Below, piece after piece: positions 1 through 16,711 of a stretch of 64,000 nt of DNA. The notes under the pieces were generated by a model. That model was not told the origin of the DNA. It did not search any database and saw only the letters and a list, made by a program, of their open reading frames with translations. Every line of letters begins with the position of its first letter. The first letter of the stretch is position 1. The DNA is from the human T2T-CHM13v2.0 reference genome, Homo sapiens, in assembly GCF_009914755.1 (NCBI RefSeq), contig NC_060943.1; one strand, written 5' to 3'. The position numbers and the translations under genes were made by a program.

Positions 1-476
1 GCCAAAATATGGCACAAAATACAGGGCACAGGTGGCAGAGTCACATAACAGGGGTGCAGGATCCAGCAATATCTGACAATACCCAAAATTTGTGGGGTCC
101 CAAAAATAGAGGAGAGTCACATCACCTAGGGGCTGGCTCCAGTGATATATCACAATCTCACCTTTGGGCTATGACCAGGTAGAAAAGTCAAGTCACTCAG
201 GTTCTGATTAGAAGTGTATGTCACAATCACATCTGCAGAAAGGTCCAGTGATGAATTAACAGTCCTGCACAGGTCCCAGTTCCAGGTATGAGAGTCCCCA
301 CATTCTCTATGTTGGGTCTAAGTATGATAGTGACAATCTCACCAATAAAGTGGATCCATGTATGAGATTCTACATACCTCCTGTGAACTGTATTCGCTGT
401 GGCCTTAAGCCCAGGTATGGGAGTCAACATGTCCCCAGTTGGCTGGGGGACATGTTGACTCCCATACCTGGGCTTA

Positions 477-856
<380 letters not shown>

Positions 857-2067
857 TCATAATTCCAACTCTGGCTGGATGTTCATGTATGACAGTCACA
901 ATTTCAACTGTGGACCGTGTTCGTGTGTGAGATTCGAGACCTCACCAGTGGGCTCTGGCCACGTGTGAGGGTGACAATTTTAATAGTTGCTGGGGTATGC
1001 ATATGAGAAACACAATCTCACCTGTGTTCTGAACCCTGGAATGGCAATCTCTGTACAATTAGAGATTTATATAGTATGCAAGAAAGTGGATATTCTCTAT
1101 AACCTTTGTAAAAGAAGGAGAGCCAGCATTTTACTCATTATTTTAAGCCTAGCAATAAGAAACAGCATCTCTCCTACTGACTGGTTTGAGGTATGAAAGC
1201 CACCGCACTCAGCATGGTAAATCATTTCTAAATCCAGTTCATAGCCGGTGAGAATTCTTCTATCTGAACCCGTGAGGTATGAGGTATGAGAGTCATCATC
1301 ACACCTGTGAGCTGGGCCAAATTATTTTAAAATCTCACCTGTGAATATGGAGAGACAAGAGTCACAACACCTGGGTTTTTGGCCAGGAATACATCTCAAT
1401 CTTTTCTTACAGCAGGGACCACACAGGAGTGTCACATCAACTGAATACTCAGCCAGGAATATGTTACGACTTTCTCCTGAAAGCAGGACACTGACAGTAG
1501 AGTCGTATCACCTGGGTGCTGAGCCCAGCAATAGGTAACAATGCTCTCTGTGGTCAAGGCCCAGGTAGGAGAGACACCTGGTACCTGGGCCTAGTGACAA
1601 TTCACAATTTTTCCTGTGGGCAGAGTGCAGGCAAAAATGGAGAGTCACATCTCCTAGGTGATTGATGAAGAGATATGTCACAAGGCCCTCTCTAGACAGG
1701 GCCCAGGCAGGAGCCTCTGATTTTATAGGTGTTCAGCCTAGTAACATGTCCTAACATGTGAAATATTCAGGGCACGGGCAAAAGAGAAGAGTCACATAAC
1801 CTGAGTGCAGGGCTTAGCAGTATGTCATAATCCACCCTGTGGGCAGCACCAAGGCTGGAAGAGAAAGTCATATCTTCAAGGTGCAGAGTCAAGCGATATG
1901 TCACAATCTTATCTGTGGACTGGGTCAAGGCAGGAAACTCAAATCACTAAGGTGCTTAGCAGATGCACACAATCACACCTGCAGGAAAGTCCAGGAATGA
2001 GATTAGAAATTCCATACATGTCCAGGTTCTAGGTATGAGAGTCAACACCTCCTGGATGTTGGATCTA

Positions 2068-2405
<338 letters not shown>

Positions 2406-4767
2406 TGAGTCACAGTCTCAATGGTTGACAGAATTTTTGCAAGACAGCCACAGTTTATTCTGCAGACTTGTCCTTTCAGTGCAGTTACAGCCTCACATGT
2501 GTGCTGAATCTTGGTCTGAGAGTCACTAGCCCACCTGTGGAGCAGATCCACATATGAGAGTCAATTCTCTAACTTTTGACAGCCTCCATGTGTGATATTT
2601 AGAACCTCAACAGTGGGATGTATTTTTGTGGAGAATGACAATCTTTACTGTTGCCTGGGTGTACATTTGAGAAACACTATCTCACCTGTGTGCTGTGTTC
2701 TCTTATGACACTCTCTGTGTCACCTGAAGGCTTTATACAATATGCAAGAATGGTGATCCTCTGTGACCTTCATACAGGAAGGAGATCCAGAGTCTTCCCT
2801 GTGGTTCTACGTCCAGATATGACAGTCAACATCTCTCCAATTGGTTGAGTCCAGATAGGAGAGTCCTCACCTTCCTACAAGCTGGGTTTAGAAATGAGTC
2901 ACCATCCCAACTGTGGCCAGATGTTCACTTATGACAGTGAAAATTCCAACTGTGAACGGCATTCACGTGTGATTCAGGACCTCACCAGTGGGCTCTGTCC
3001 ATGTGTGAGGATAACAATTCTGAAGGTTAGTGGGGTCTGCATAGGACAAACATAATCTCACCTGTGTGCTGGGTCTTGTTATGACATTCTCTGTAACATA
3101 CTAGGTCTTTATAGATGTGAGAAATTGGTAATTCTCTATGACTTTTGTACAGAAAAAAGACTTTGTTATTTTCCTAAGCCTACCTAGGGGCAACATTATC
3201 TCTCCTATTGCCACCTTCGAGGTATGACAGTCATCATTACATCTTTGTTCTTGGCCACAATATATGTGGGTAAAGAGCAAGCATAAGAGTGACATTAACT
3301 GTGTGCTGGACCAGGGGTATGTCACAATCTTCCCTGAGGGCATGGACCAGGAAGGAGAGTCACATCACGGGGCACTCAGCCAAGGATGTTACAATTTCCT
3401 CCTAAAAGCAGGACACAGGCAGAAGAGTAAGATCACCTGGATGCTGGGCCAGGATTTAGTCACAAGGCTCACTGTGGGTGAGGCCCAGAGAGGACAGACA
3501 CAATACCTGGTTGCTGGGCCTAATGATTGTCACAATCTTCCGAGTGGGCAGAATGCAGAAGTAGACAGTTTCATCTCCTGGGTGATGGATACAGAAATAT
3601 GTCACAAGGCCCCCTGTAGGAAGGGCTCAGTCAGAAACCTTCCAACCCCTAGGTATTTGTTCTAATGATATGTCACAACATCCAAAATATGAAGATCTCA
3701 GGCAAATGAGGAGAGTCATATCGCCTAGGTGCTGGACCCAGTGATCTGTCACAATCTTTTCTTTTGGCAGGCCTCAAGCAGAAGGGAAGAGTCACACCAC
3801 CCAGGTAATAAATACAAAGATGTGTTTAATATATCTGTGGGAGGGCCCATCACCTCAGTGTTGGACACAGAGATGTGTTGCAATACACAACGTATACAGG
3901 GCCCAGGCAGCAGAGGAGAGTCACATCACCTAGGTTCTCAGTTCAGCAATATTTCACAATACCCCCTGAGGAGAAGGCCTAGGCAAAAATGTCATATTAT
4001 CTAGGTAAAAGGCTAGGGATATGTCACAATGCCTTCTGTGGGTAGGGCTCATAAACAAGAGGAAAGACATAACCTAGATATGGGGCTCAGCTTTATGTTC
4101 CAATCACCCCACTGAAAAGGGCCCAAGAATGAAAGAAGAGTCATATCACAATTCCCACTGTAGACAAACCCCAGAAGAGGAGAGTCACATCATGTAGAAA
4201 AAAGAAGGCATTTACCTGGGCTTTGCCCATAGGAGAAATTGCAATGGGTCAAGAGATATGTTACAATGCTTCCTGTGGTCAGGGTTCAGGCAGAAAACTC
4301 ACATAATCTTGGTGCTGGACCCAGCAGTATGTTTCAGTGTTTTCTAAGGGCACAGCCAGAGCAAAGAAGTAACATCACCTTAGGGTTAGATGCCACAATC
4401 TCATTTGTGGGCAGAAAGTACCCCCTGTGAGTAGAGAAAAGGGAGGAAAAAAAGGCACATTCCCTCAGTGATTGGTGAAGATATATATTACAATGACTTC
4501 TGTAGACAGAGTCCAGAATGAAGTTACATCACCTGAGTGTTGGACTCAGCCATGTGTCACAATAACCCATGTGGAAAGGACACAAGTAAGAGAGTCACAT
4601 AACCTAGGCCTAACAATATGTTACAGTACACCTGTGGGCAGCATCAAGAAGAGGAGACTCACATCACCTGGGTGCATGGCCCAGTGATATATCACAATGC
4701 CCCCTGTGGGTTGTATCAAGGCAAAATAGAGTGACATTACCAAGGGTCTGGGTCCCATGATATGTCA

Positions 4768-5480
<713 letters not shown>

Positions 5481-5670
5481 ATATGACATTGTCTTGAATC
5501 AAGGAATGAGAGTCAACACCTCCTACATGTTGGGTTTAAGTACAAGAAATCACAATCTCAGTGGTGGACTGGATTTGCCAATGAGCCTCAATTTCTCTTG
5601 CAAACTCTGTGCCTTAGTGAAGTTACAGCCACAAAGGTGTGCTGAATCTTGGTTAAAGAGTTACCAACCT

Positions 5671-5962
<292 letters not shown>

Positions 5963-7377
5963 TCATCAACCCAACTGTGGACAGTATCCATGAGTGAGAG
6001 TCCATTTTCCAACATTCAATTGCCTCCAAATGTGAAATTCAGAACCTCAGAAGTGGGTTGCGTTCATTTAAGTGAATGATTTGCTGTTGGCTAGGTGTGA
6101 ATATGAGTGTCACAATCTCACCTGTGTGCTTGTCCCTGTCAGGACACACTCTGTACCACTTGAGGGCTTTATATGGTATGCATGAGTTGCAATCTGCTCT
6201 GAGACTTTTGTGCTCCTATGGACCCATGATCTTATGTGGCCCTAAGTCTAGGTATGAGCGTCAACATCTCTCCAATTGGCTGGGTCCAGAGAGGAGAGTC
6301 CTCACCTGCCTATGAGCTGGGTTTAGAAATGAGTCACCATCTCAACTGTGGCCAGATGTTCACATATGATAGTCACAATTTCAACTATGTACTGCATCTG
6401 CGCGTGAGAATCATGAACTCATCAGTGGGTTCTGTCTGTGTGTGAGAGTGGTAATTCTAAAAATTGGCAGAGTGTGCTTACAAGAAACACAATCTAACCT
6501 GTTTGCTATGTCCTCATCACCCTCTGTACCATCCAAGAGCTTTATACAATATATGAGAGAGTAGTAATTATTTATAACCTTCATATAGAGAGGAGACCCA
6601 GGATTTTACCCCTTTTTCTAAGCCTAGCTGTGAGAGACAGTATCTCTTCAATTGGCTAGTACAAAGTCTTAGAGTCATCATCACACCTGTGATCTGGGCC
6701 AAGATATATGTTACCAACCAACCTGTTAGCAGAAAGCATCCAGGAGAATCACATCTCCTGGGTGCTGGACCAATGATATAAAAAATCCTTCCCTGAGGGC
6801 AGTGACCAGGCAGGAGAATCACATCACCTGGTTTCTCAACTAGTGATAGGTTACCATTTCTTCCTGAAAGTAATGCACATGGAGGAGACACACATCACCT
6901 GGTGGCTGGACCCTGCAATATGTCACAATCTTTCCTGTGGGCAGGTAGAAAAGGAGTCACATCTTTTATGTAATGGATGCAGATAAATGTCACAAAAACC
7001 CTTGCAGACAGGGCTGAGGCAGGAGCCTCCCATCTTTCAGGTGTTTGGCCCAGTTAAATGTCACAATACCCAAAAATGTGGTTCGCAGGCAGAAGAGAAG
7101 AGTCACATTGCCTAAGTGCTAGTTCCAGTGATATGTCTCAATCTTTCCCTTTGGCAGGGTCCAGGGTGAAGAGAGGATTCACACAGCCTAAGTGATGAAG
7201 GAAAATATATGTCCTAATATGCCCAGGAGCAGGGCCTATATGAGACAGTTGCATCAGCTGTATGTTGAACCCAGTGATATGTCAAAACATACAATTTATG
7301 CAGGGCCCAGGCAGAAGAGAGTGTCATAACCTAGGTGTCAGTCCCAGTGATACATCACATACATCACAATGCCTTAC

Positions 7378-7456
7378 TTTTTGTTGTTGTTTTTTTTGTT
7401 TTGTTTTGGCGAAGTCTCACTCTGTCACCACGGCAACCTCCACCTCTTAGGTTCAG
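7378..7456 (-). mobile_element. Internally deleted Alu fragment
   Basis: T-rich tail followed by GTCTCACTCTGTCACC and CAACCTCCACCTC..GGTTCA only. Confidence 0.75.
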
Positions 7457-9673
7457 CGTCCAGGGATATGTCCCAATCCCTCTTTTTGTCAAGGCCCAGC
7501 CATAAGTAGAGAGTAGCATCACCTGGGTGATGAAAGAAAAGATATGTCATCATACCCCTGCAGGCAAAGCCCATGCAGGAGAGTCACATCACCTAGGTGT
7601 GGGGCCCAACGATATATTAAAATCTCTTCTTGGGTATATCCCAAGCAGTAGAGGAGAGTCACATCACCTAGGTTCTCAGTCCAGCAATATGTCACAAGGC
7701 CCCTTGAGGGGAAGGCCCAGGCAGGAGAGTCACATCACTTAGGTTAGGGGCCAAGAGATGTGTCACAATGTTCCCTGTAGGAAGGGCTCAAGAAGAAGAG
7801 GAGAGTAACATGACCTAGGGGCTTGGTCAAGTTATGTGTCACAATCATACCTGTGAGCAGGGTCTAGGCATGAGAGGAGAGTCACATCAAGTAAGTACTG
7901 GGCCACGTACATGATGTATCACAATAACCCATATAGACAGGTCCCAGGAAGATATCACCTAGGTGCTAGGTCCAGAAATGCATCACAATGTCTCTCATGG
8001 GCAAACACCAGGAAAAAAAGGGAAGGGGATAACATGAACAATCTGATGGGCCAAGAGATATGTCACAGTGCCCACTGTGGGCAGGGTCCAGCCAGGAGAC
8101 GCACATCACCTTGGTGTTGGACCCAGGAATATGTCATAATGCCTTCTGAGGGCAGGCCCAAGGTGCCCAGCAACATGTTACAATCTCTTCTGCAGGCAGA
8201 ACCTAGAAAGAAGAGTTGAGTCACACCAGCTAGGTACTGGGCTCAGCAATATGTCACATTAGTTTTTGTGAGAAGGAACTAGGCAGGAGAAGAAAGTCAC
8301 ATCACCTGGGTGATGAGCAAAGAGATATGTGACAATGACTCCTATAGGCAGAACCCAAACAAATTAGTTACATCACCTAGGTTTTGGACCCAGCAACATG
8401 TCACAATGGCCCATGTTGGCAGAGCACAGGCAAGAGAGTCACATAACTTGTAGGGGACAGCAGCGATATGTCACAATGCTCACTGTGGACAGTACCAAGG
8501 CAGAAAACAGAACTTCCATCATCTGGGTGCTAGGCCCAGTGATATGTCACAATGTCCCATGTGAAAGCACAGAAGCAAGAGAATACAGTCACATCACCTA
8601 GTTTCTGGTCCAGCGATATGTCACAATTTCATCTGTGGGCTAAATCCAGGCAGGAGAGTAAACTATACAGAGGCATATGGCACAATCACCCTTGCGTATA
8701 CAGAGGCATATGGCACAATCGTGCTTGCAGGAAGGTCCACAGATGAGATCAACAATTCTGTACATATCCTGCTTCTGTGGGCACCAGGAAGACAGGAGAG
8801 GAGACTCACATTACCTGGGAGCAAGGCTCTGAGATATGTTACAATGTCCTTTTTGGGTAGCACCAAAGCAGGAGAATAGAGTTACGTCACCTAGGTGCTG
8901 GGTCCAGCAGTGTGGCACAATCCTATCTGTAGGCTGTGCTGGTGCTAAAGAGTCACATTACTCAGGTGCAAGGCAGAGGTGTATGTCAAAATCACACCTG
9001 CAGGAAGGACAGGGGATGAGATGAACAATACTGTACATATCCCGATTCTAGGTATGAGAGTCAACACCTCCTGTATGTTGGTTCTAAGTACACTAGTCAC
9101 AGTCTCTGAAATGAACTGAATCAGTGCATGAGAAACTCAGTCCCTCTTACCACTGTGCCTCCTTAGTGGAATCACAGCCTCACAGGTGGGTCAAATTTTA
9201 GTCTGAAAGTCACCAACTTACCTTTGAACTGGATCCACATATGAGAGTAAATTTTCCACCTTGCAACTGCATCTGTGTGAGATTCAGAACCTCAACAGTA
9301 GGCTGTGTTCATGTGAGAAGATGACAACATTTACTGTCGGCTGGGTGTACATATGAGTGTCAAAATCTCAACTGTACTTTGGGCCCAGTTAGAACATGCT
9401 CTGTACCAGCCAAGTGTTTTATAAGGTATGCATAAGAGTCACAGTCCTTTGTGACTGGGAGACATTCGTGCTGGTTTGGACTCATGATTGTGCCTGTGGC
9501 TCTATGCCCAGTTATAAGAGTTAACTTCTCTGCAATGGCTCAGTCCAGATATAAGAGTTGTCCCCTGCCTATAAGCTTGGCTTACTAAGGAGTCACCACC
9601 TCTGCTGTTGCCTGATGTTCACATACGACAGTCACAATTTCAACTCTGCACTGCATCCACCTGTAAGATTTAA

Positions 9674-10039
<366 letters not shown>

Positions 10040-11565
10040 TAACAATTGGCAAAGCGTGCATACAAAAAACACAATTGCACCTGTTTGCTGGGCCCTGTTA
10101 TGACACTATATTACCCGAGGGTTTATACAATATGTGAGAGAGTGTAATTTTCTCTGACCATCCTAAAGAGGAGAGCCAGGATTTTATCCATTTTCCTAAG
10201 CCTAGCTATGAGAAACAGCATCTCTTCTATTGGCTAGTTTGAGGCATGAGAGTCAACATCGCACCTATGATCTAAACAAAGATATATGTCACAGTCTCAC
10301 GTGTGGATAGGGCATGCACAGGAGAGTTACGTCATCTGGGTGCTGGGCCAGGGATATGTCACAATCTTCCCTGAGAACAGGAATCAGGCAGAAGTGTTAT
10401 CACCTGGGTGGTTGGTCAGAGATACGTTACAATTTCCTCCTGAAAGCAGGGCACACTCAGTAGAGTCACATCATTTGGGTTCTAGGCCCAGTGATATGTC
10501 ACAATGCTCCCTGTGAGCAAAGCTCAGGCAGGAGAAACACATCACCTGATTTCTGGGCCAAAAGATATGTCACAATCTCTCCTATGAGCAAAGCCTTGGT
10601 ATAAAAAAAGAGTCACATCAAACAGTTGATGCTCCCAAAGATATGCCACAATGTTCTCTGTTATCAGGGTTCATACAAACAACCCATGTCACCTTGTTGC
10701 TGGGCCCAGCAATATGTCACAATGCCTTTTGAGGTCCAGGCCAAGACAAAACAGTAATGTCACATTGTTGTTAAGCTCCACAAGATGTCTTAATATCTCT
10801 CGCAAGCAGAACTTATGAAGAGTCACATTTGTTTGGCACTGGGACAAGTGAGATGTCAAAATTCCCCATGTGAGCAGGGACCAGGTAGGAAATGAGAGTC
10901 ACATCATCTGGGTGACGGGTGAAGAGATATGTCATGATGTTCTAGAACCTAGGCAGTAGAATTACATTACCAGGTGTTGGACCCAGCAATATGTCACAAT
11001 TGCTTATGTGGTCGGGGCACAGGCATGACAGTCATATAACCTGGGTGTAGGCCCAGAGATATGTCACAATGCCCCCTATGGGCAGTGCCAAGGCAGGAGA
11101 GGAGACTCACATCACCTAAGTGCAGGGCCCAGCGATATGTCACAATGTCCTCTGCAAGCAGCACCAATGCATAAGAATAGAGTCATATCTCAGATCTGGG
11201 TTCAGCAATATTCACTATCCCATCTGTGGGCTGGTCCCAGGGAAGAGAGTCAGATTACTCAGGTGCTGGGGAGAGGAAAATGTCACAGTTAAATCTGCAG
11301 GAAGGTCCAGGGATGATACTAGCAATCCCATACATGTCATGATTTTAGGTATAGGAGGTTAACCCCTTCTATATGTTGTGTCTAAGAACAGGAGTTATAA
11401 TCTCAACGGTGGACTAAAATTGTGCCTGAGCGCCTCAACTCCTCCTGTGGACTTTGTCTAATTAGTGAAGTCACAGCCTCATAGGTGTGCTGAATCTTGC
11501 TCTGAGTGTCATCAACTCACCTGTGGACTGGATCCACATCTGAGAGTCAAGTTTCCGACCTTTGA

Positions 11566-11912
<347 letters not shown>

Positions 11913-14900
11913 AAAAGTGAGCTGTGTTCATTTGAGAAAATGATGATGTATACTGTTGGGAGGGTGTGCATACAACTATCACAATCTCCTGTGTTCTGGG
12001 CCTTGTTAATACCCTCTTTAAAATACCCCAAAGCTTTATACACTATGAATGAGAATGACAATTAACTCTGAGATCATGTTTGTAAACACCCATGACCATA
12101 CCTGTGGCCCTAAGCCCAGATATGAGTGCCATCTCTCCTATTGGCTGGGTCCAGACAGTAGAGTCCTCATCTGCTTATGTTCTGGGTTTAGAAATGTGTC
12201 ACCATTCCAACTGTAGCTGGAGGCTCACATATGACAGCCACAATTCCAAGTGTGGACTGTGTTTGCATGGGAAATTCAAGACCTCGGCAATGGGCTCTTT
12301 CCATGTGTGACGGTGATAATCCTAATGGTTGGTGAGGTGCACATATGAGAAACACAATTTCATCTGTTTGCCGTGCCCTGTGATGACACTTTCTGTAACA
12401 CCTGAAGGCATTATATGATAGGTAGGTGGGTGGCAATCCTTTATAACCTTCATACAAAGAGGAGACCCAGAATGTCGTCCATTTTTCTAAGTCGAGCTAT
12501 GACAGTATTTCTTCTAATAGCTCATTTGACGTATGAGAGTCATCATTGCACTTGTAAGCTGACTACAGTATATGTCACAATTTTACCTGTAGGTAGGGAG
12601 CTAGCAGGAGAGTCACATCACCTGGATTTCAGCCAAGGTATCTCACAATCTTCCCTGAGGGAGGGAGCCAAGCAGGAGTGTCACATCACCTGGGTGCTCA
12701 GCCAGGGATATGTTACAATTCTCTCCTGAAAGCACAGCACAGGCAACAGACTCACATCACCTGGGTGCTGAGCTCAGCACTATGTTACAATGCTCCCTGG
12801 GGACAAGACAGAGGCAGAAGAGCCACATCACCTGGTGTCTGCTTCCAGGGATATGTCACAATCTTTCCTGTGCAGGCCAGGGTACCGGCAAATATGAAAT
12901 GTCACACATTCTAGGTCATGGATGCAGATATATGTCACAAGGTCCCTGTGGGCAGAGCCCAGGCAGGAGCATGCAATCTCATAGGTTTTGGACCTAGTAA
13001 CGTTTTACAATATCCAAAATATGCGAAGCCCAGGCAAAACAAGAGAGTCACATCACCTAGGTGCTGGGTTCAGTGATTTGCCACAATTCCCCCTTTTGGC
13101 AGGGTCTAGTCAAAAGAGGAGAATTATATCACCTGGGTGATGAATGAAAAGATATGTTATAACATCTCTGTAAGCAGGGCCCATGCAGGAGATTCACATC
13201 ACCAAGGTGTTAGAAACAATCACATGTCACAATACGCAATGTACAGGAGGAACCAGGCAGGAGAGGAGAGTCACATCCCCTAGGTGTTGGACCCAGCAAT
13301 ATATTACAATCCCTTCTTGGGAAAAGCCCAGGAAGTAGAGGAAAGTCACATTACCTGGGTACTAGGCCCAGTGATATGTCTCAATGTCCTCTGTGAAAAG
13401 CACTAAGGCAAGAGAAGACTCACATCACCTAAATGCTGGGTCCAGCAATGTGGCACAATCCCATCTGTACACTGGGCCCAGGCAGAAGAGTCAAATCACT
13501 CAGGTGCTGGGCAGAGGTGTATGTCACAATCACATCTGCATGAAGGTCAAGGTATGAGATTAACAATTTAACACATTTTCTAGATCTAGGTATGACATAT
13601 AACACCTCCTGGATGTTGGGTCTAAGAACATGAGTCACAATCTCAATGATGGTCTGGATCTGTGTGAGAACCTCAATCCCTCCTGCAAACTGTGTCCCCT
13701 TAGTGGAGTCACAGACTCACAGGTGTGCTGGATCCTGGTCTGAGAGACACCTCCCTTATGAAAGATAGTTACACATGTGATTTGATTTTTCAAGTATGTC
13801 TGCCTCTGGGTGAGATTCAGAATCTCAACAGTGAGCTGTGTTTATGTGGAAGGATGACAGTCTTTACTCTTGGCAGGCTATGCATATGAGTGTCACAACC
13901 TCCCCTGTGTGCTGAGTTCTGTTAGGACATTCTTTGTACCTCTTGACAACTTTACACAGTATGTGAGAGAGTGTTAATTCTTTATGATCTTCATACAAAG
14001 AGGAGACCCAAGACATTACTCATTTTCCTAATCCTGGCTATGAGAGACAGTATGTCTGCTATTGGTTACTTTGAGGTATGAGAGTCATCATTGCACCTGT
14101 AAGCTGGGCCAAGATATGCATCACAATCCCACCAGTGAAGAGGGACTGAGCAGTAGAGTCACATCACCTGGGTTTGGGGGCAGTGATATGTCACAAACTT
14201 CTCTGAGGGCAGAGACCAGGCAGCAGTGTCACATCATCTGGGTGCTGGGCCCAGTGATATGTTAAAATGTTCTTTGTGGTCAAGGCCCAAGCAGGAAAAA
14301 CACATCACCTGATTGCTGAGACCAATGATTTGTCACAGCCCTCCCAGTGGTCAGGGTGCAGGCAGAAGAGGGGAGTTAAATCTCCTAGATTACGGATGCA
14401 GAGATATGTCACAAGGTCCCCTATGTGCTGGGCCCAGGCAGGAGCGTTCCATCCCATGGCTGTTGAACTCAGTGAAATGTCACTATACCCAAAAGGTGCC
14501 AGGAACAGGGAAAATAAAAGGGTCACATCACCTAGGTGATGAAAAAGATATGTCGTAATACTGTGGGCAGTTCCCATGTCATAAAGTCACATCACCTTGG
14601 TGTTGAATCCAGGCATATGTCACAATACACAAAGCATGCAGGCCTTAAGCAGAAGAGGAGAGTCACATCACCTAGGCGGTGGGCCCAGCAATACATCACA
14701 ATTCCTGCTTGGACAAAGCCCAATCCATAGAGGAGAGTCACATCACCTATGTACTGGGCTCAGCAATATGTCACACTGTCCTTTGTGGGGAGGGCCCATG
14801 CAAGAGAGTCACATCACCTAAATGATGGGCTCAAAAATATGTCAAAATGCCCTCTGTGGGTAGGGCTCAGAAAAAAAAGAAAATCGCATAACCCAGGGGC

Positions 14901-15934
14901 TGGGTCCAGCTATATGTAATAAACACCCTAGTCGGCAGGGCCCATGCATGAGAGAAGAGTCACATCACCTAGGTGCTGGGTTCAGTGCACCATACTGAGA
15001 CCTTGTCTCTACTAAAGTAACAATACTTTTTTGGCATGGCCCAGGCAGAAGAGGAGTGTCACATCACCTAGGTGATTAATAGAAAAATATTTTATAATAC
15101 CTCTATGGGCAGGGCCCATGCAGGAGAGTTGTGTTATCCAGGTGTTGAAGCCAGTGACATGTCTCAATACACAACGTATGTAGGTCCCAGGCTGGAGAGG
15201 AGAGTCACCTCATCTAGGTTCTTGACAGAGTGATATGACACAATCCCTTTTTGGGTAGAGACCAAACAGTAGAGAATAGTCACATCACCTAGATGCTGGG
15301 CTCATCAATATGTTACAATACCCCGAGAAGAGGGTCCAAACAAAAGAGTTATATCATCTAATTGAGGGTCTCAGAGATATGACACAATGCCCCCTGTGGG
15401 TAGGGCTCAGGAAGAAGTGTGCAGTCACATAACCTTGAGGCTGGGCCCAGCTACATGTCAAAATCACCCCAGTGGGCAAGGCCCAGGCATAAGGACAGAG
15501 TCACTTCATGTAAGTTCTGGGCCAAGCAATATGTCACATTCCCCACTGTGGACAGGTCCCAGGAAAAAGAGAGTCATATAATCTCAGTGATCAGCCAAGA
15601 TATATGTTACAGTGACTTCTGTGAGCCGGAATAAGAGTCATATTACCTGTGTGCTGAACTCATCAATAAGTCACTCTCTCTTCGGTGGGCAAGCCCCAGG
15701 CAGGAGAGGGGAGACATCACCTCGGTGCTGGGCCCAAAGTTATGTCACAATCTCTTTTTGGGCAACATCTAAGAGAGGAGAGACACATAATATAGTCAAA
15801 GGGCCCAGAGATATGTCACAATGCACCTTGTAGGCAGGGTCCAGGCAGGAGACTCACATCACATTGGTGCTGGGCCCAGCAATATACCACCATGCCTTCT
15901 GAGGGCAGTGCCAAGGCAAAAGAGTAATGTCACC

Positions 15935-16092
15935 TGGCCGGGTGCGGTGGCTCACACCTGTAAACCCAGCGCTTTGGTAGGCTGAGAGGGGCTGGATCAC
16001 CTAAGTTCGGGTGTTCGAGACCAGCCTGACCAACATGCAGAAACGTCATCTTTACTAAAAATACAAAAACAAACAAACCAACAAACCAACAC
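15935..16092 (+). mobile_element. Alu left monomer with CA-rich tail
   Basis: Alu left arm only, flanked by AAT(G/A)TCACCT. Confidence 0.85.
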
Positions 16093-16711
16093 AATATCAC
16101 CTTAGTATTAGGCTCACTGACATGTCACAATATCCCCTGCAAGCAGAACCTAGGACAAGGAGGAGAGACATGTTAGCTAGGTGTGCACCCAGTGATATGT
16201 CACAATCTCTTCTGTGATCGGGGCCAGGCAGGAGAGAGAGCCGCATTACCTGTGTGATGGGTGCAGGTATATGACACAATGTCCTCTGTAGGCAGGGCCT
16301 AGGCAGTAGAGTTATATCACCTGGGTGTTGGACCCAGCAATATGTCACAATGACCCACATGCACAGGGCACAGGCAGGAGAGTCACATAACGTATGTGTG
16401 GGACCCAGCGATATGACACAATGCCCCCCGTGGAAGAACCAAGGCAGGAGAGAAGATTCACACCACCTGGGTACAAGACCCAGTGATGTCACAATGTCCC
16501 CTGTGTGCAGTGCCAAGGCAGTAGAATAATCACATCACCTCAGTGTTGGGTCCAGTGATATGTCACAATCTCTTCTGTGGGCTGGGCCAGGGCTGGAGCA
16601 CCAACTCACTCTGGTGCTGGGTAAAGTCATATGTCATAATCACACTGTCAGGAATGTTCAGCGGTGAGATTATGCATCTGGAGTGGGAAGAAGCAACACA
16701 TCAAAAATATG

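Noticed and set aside
8665-8730. 33-bp tandem duplication in the satellite
   Set aside because: Ordinary local slippage with no further significance evident.
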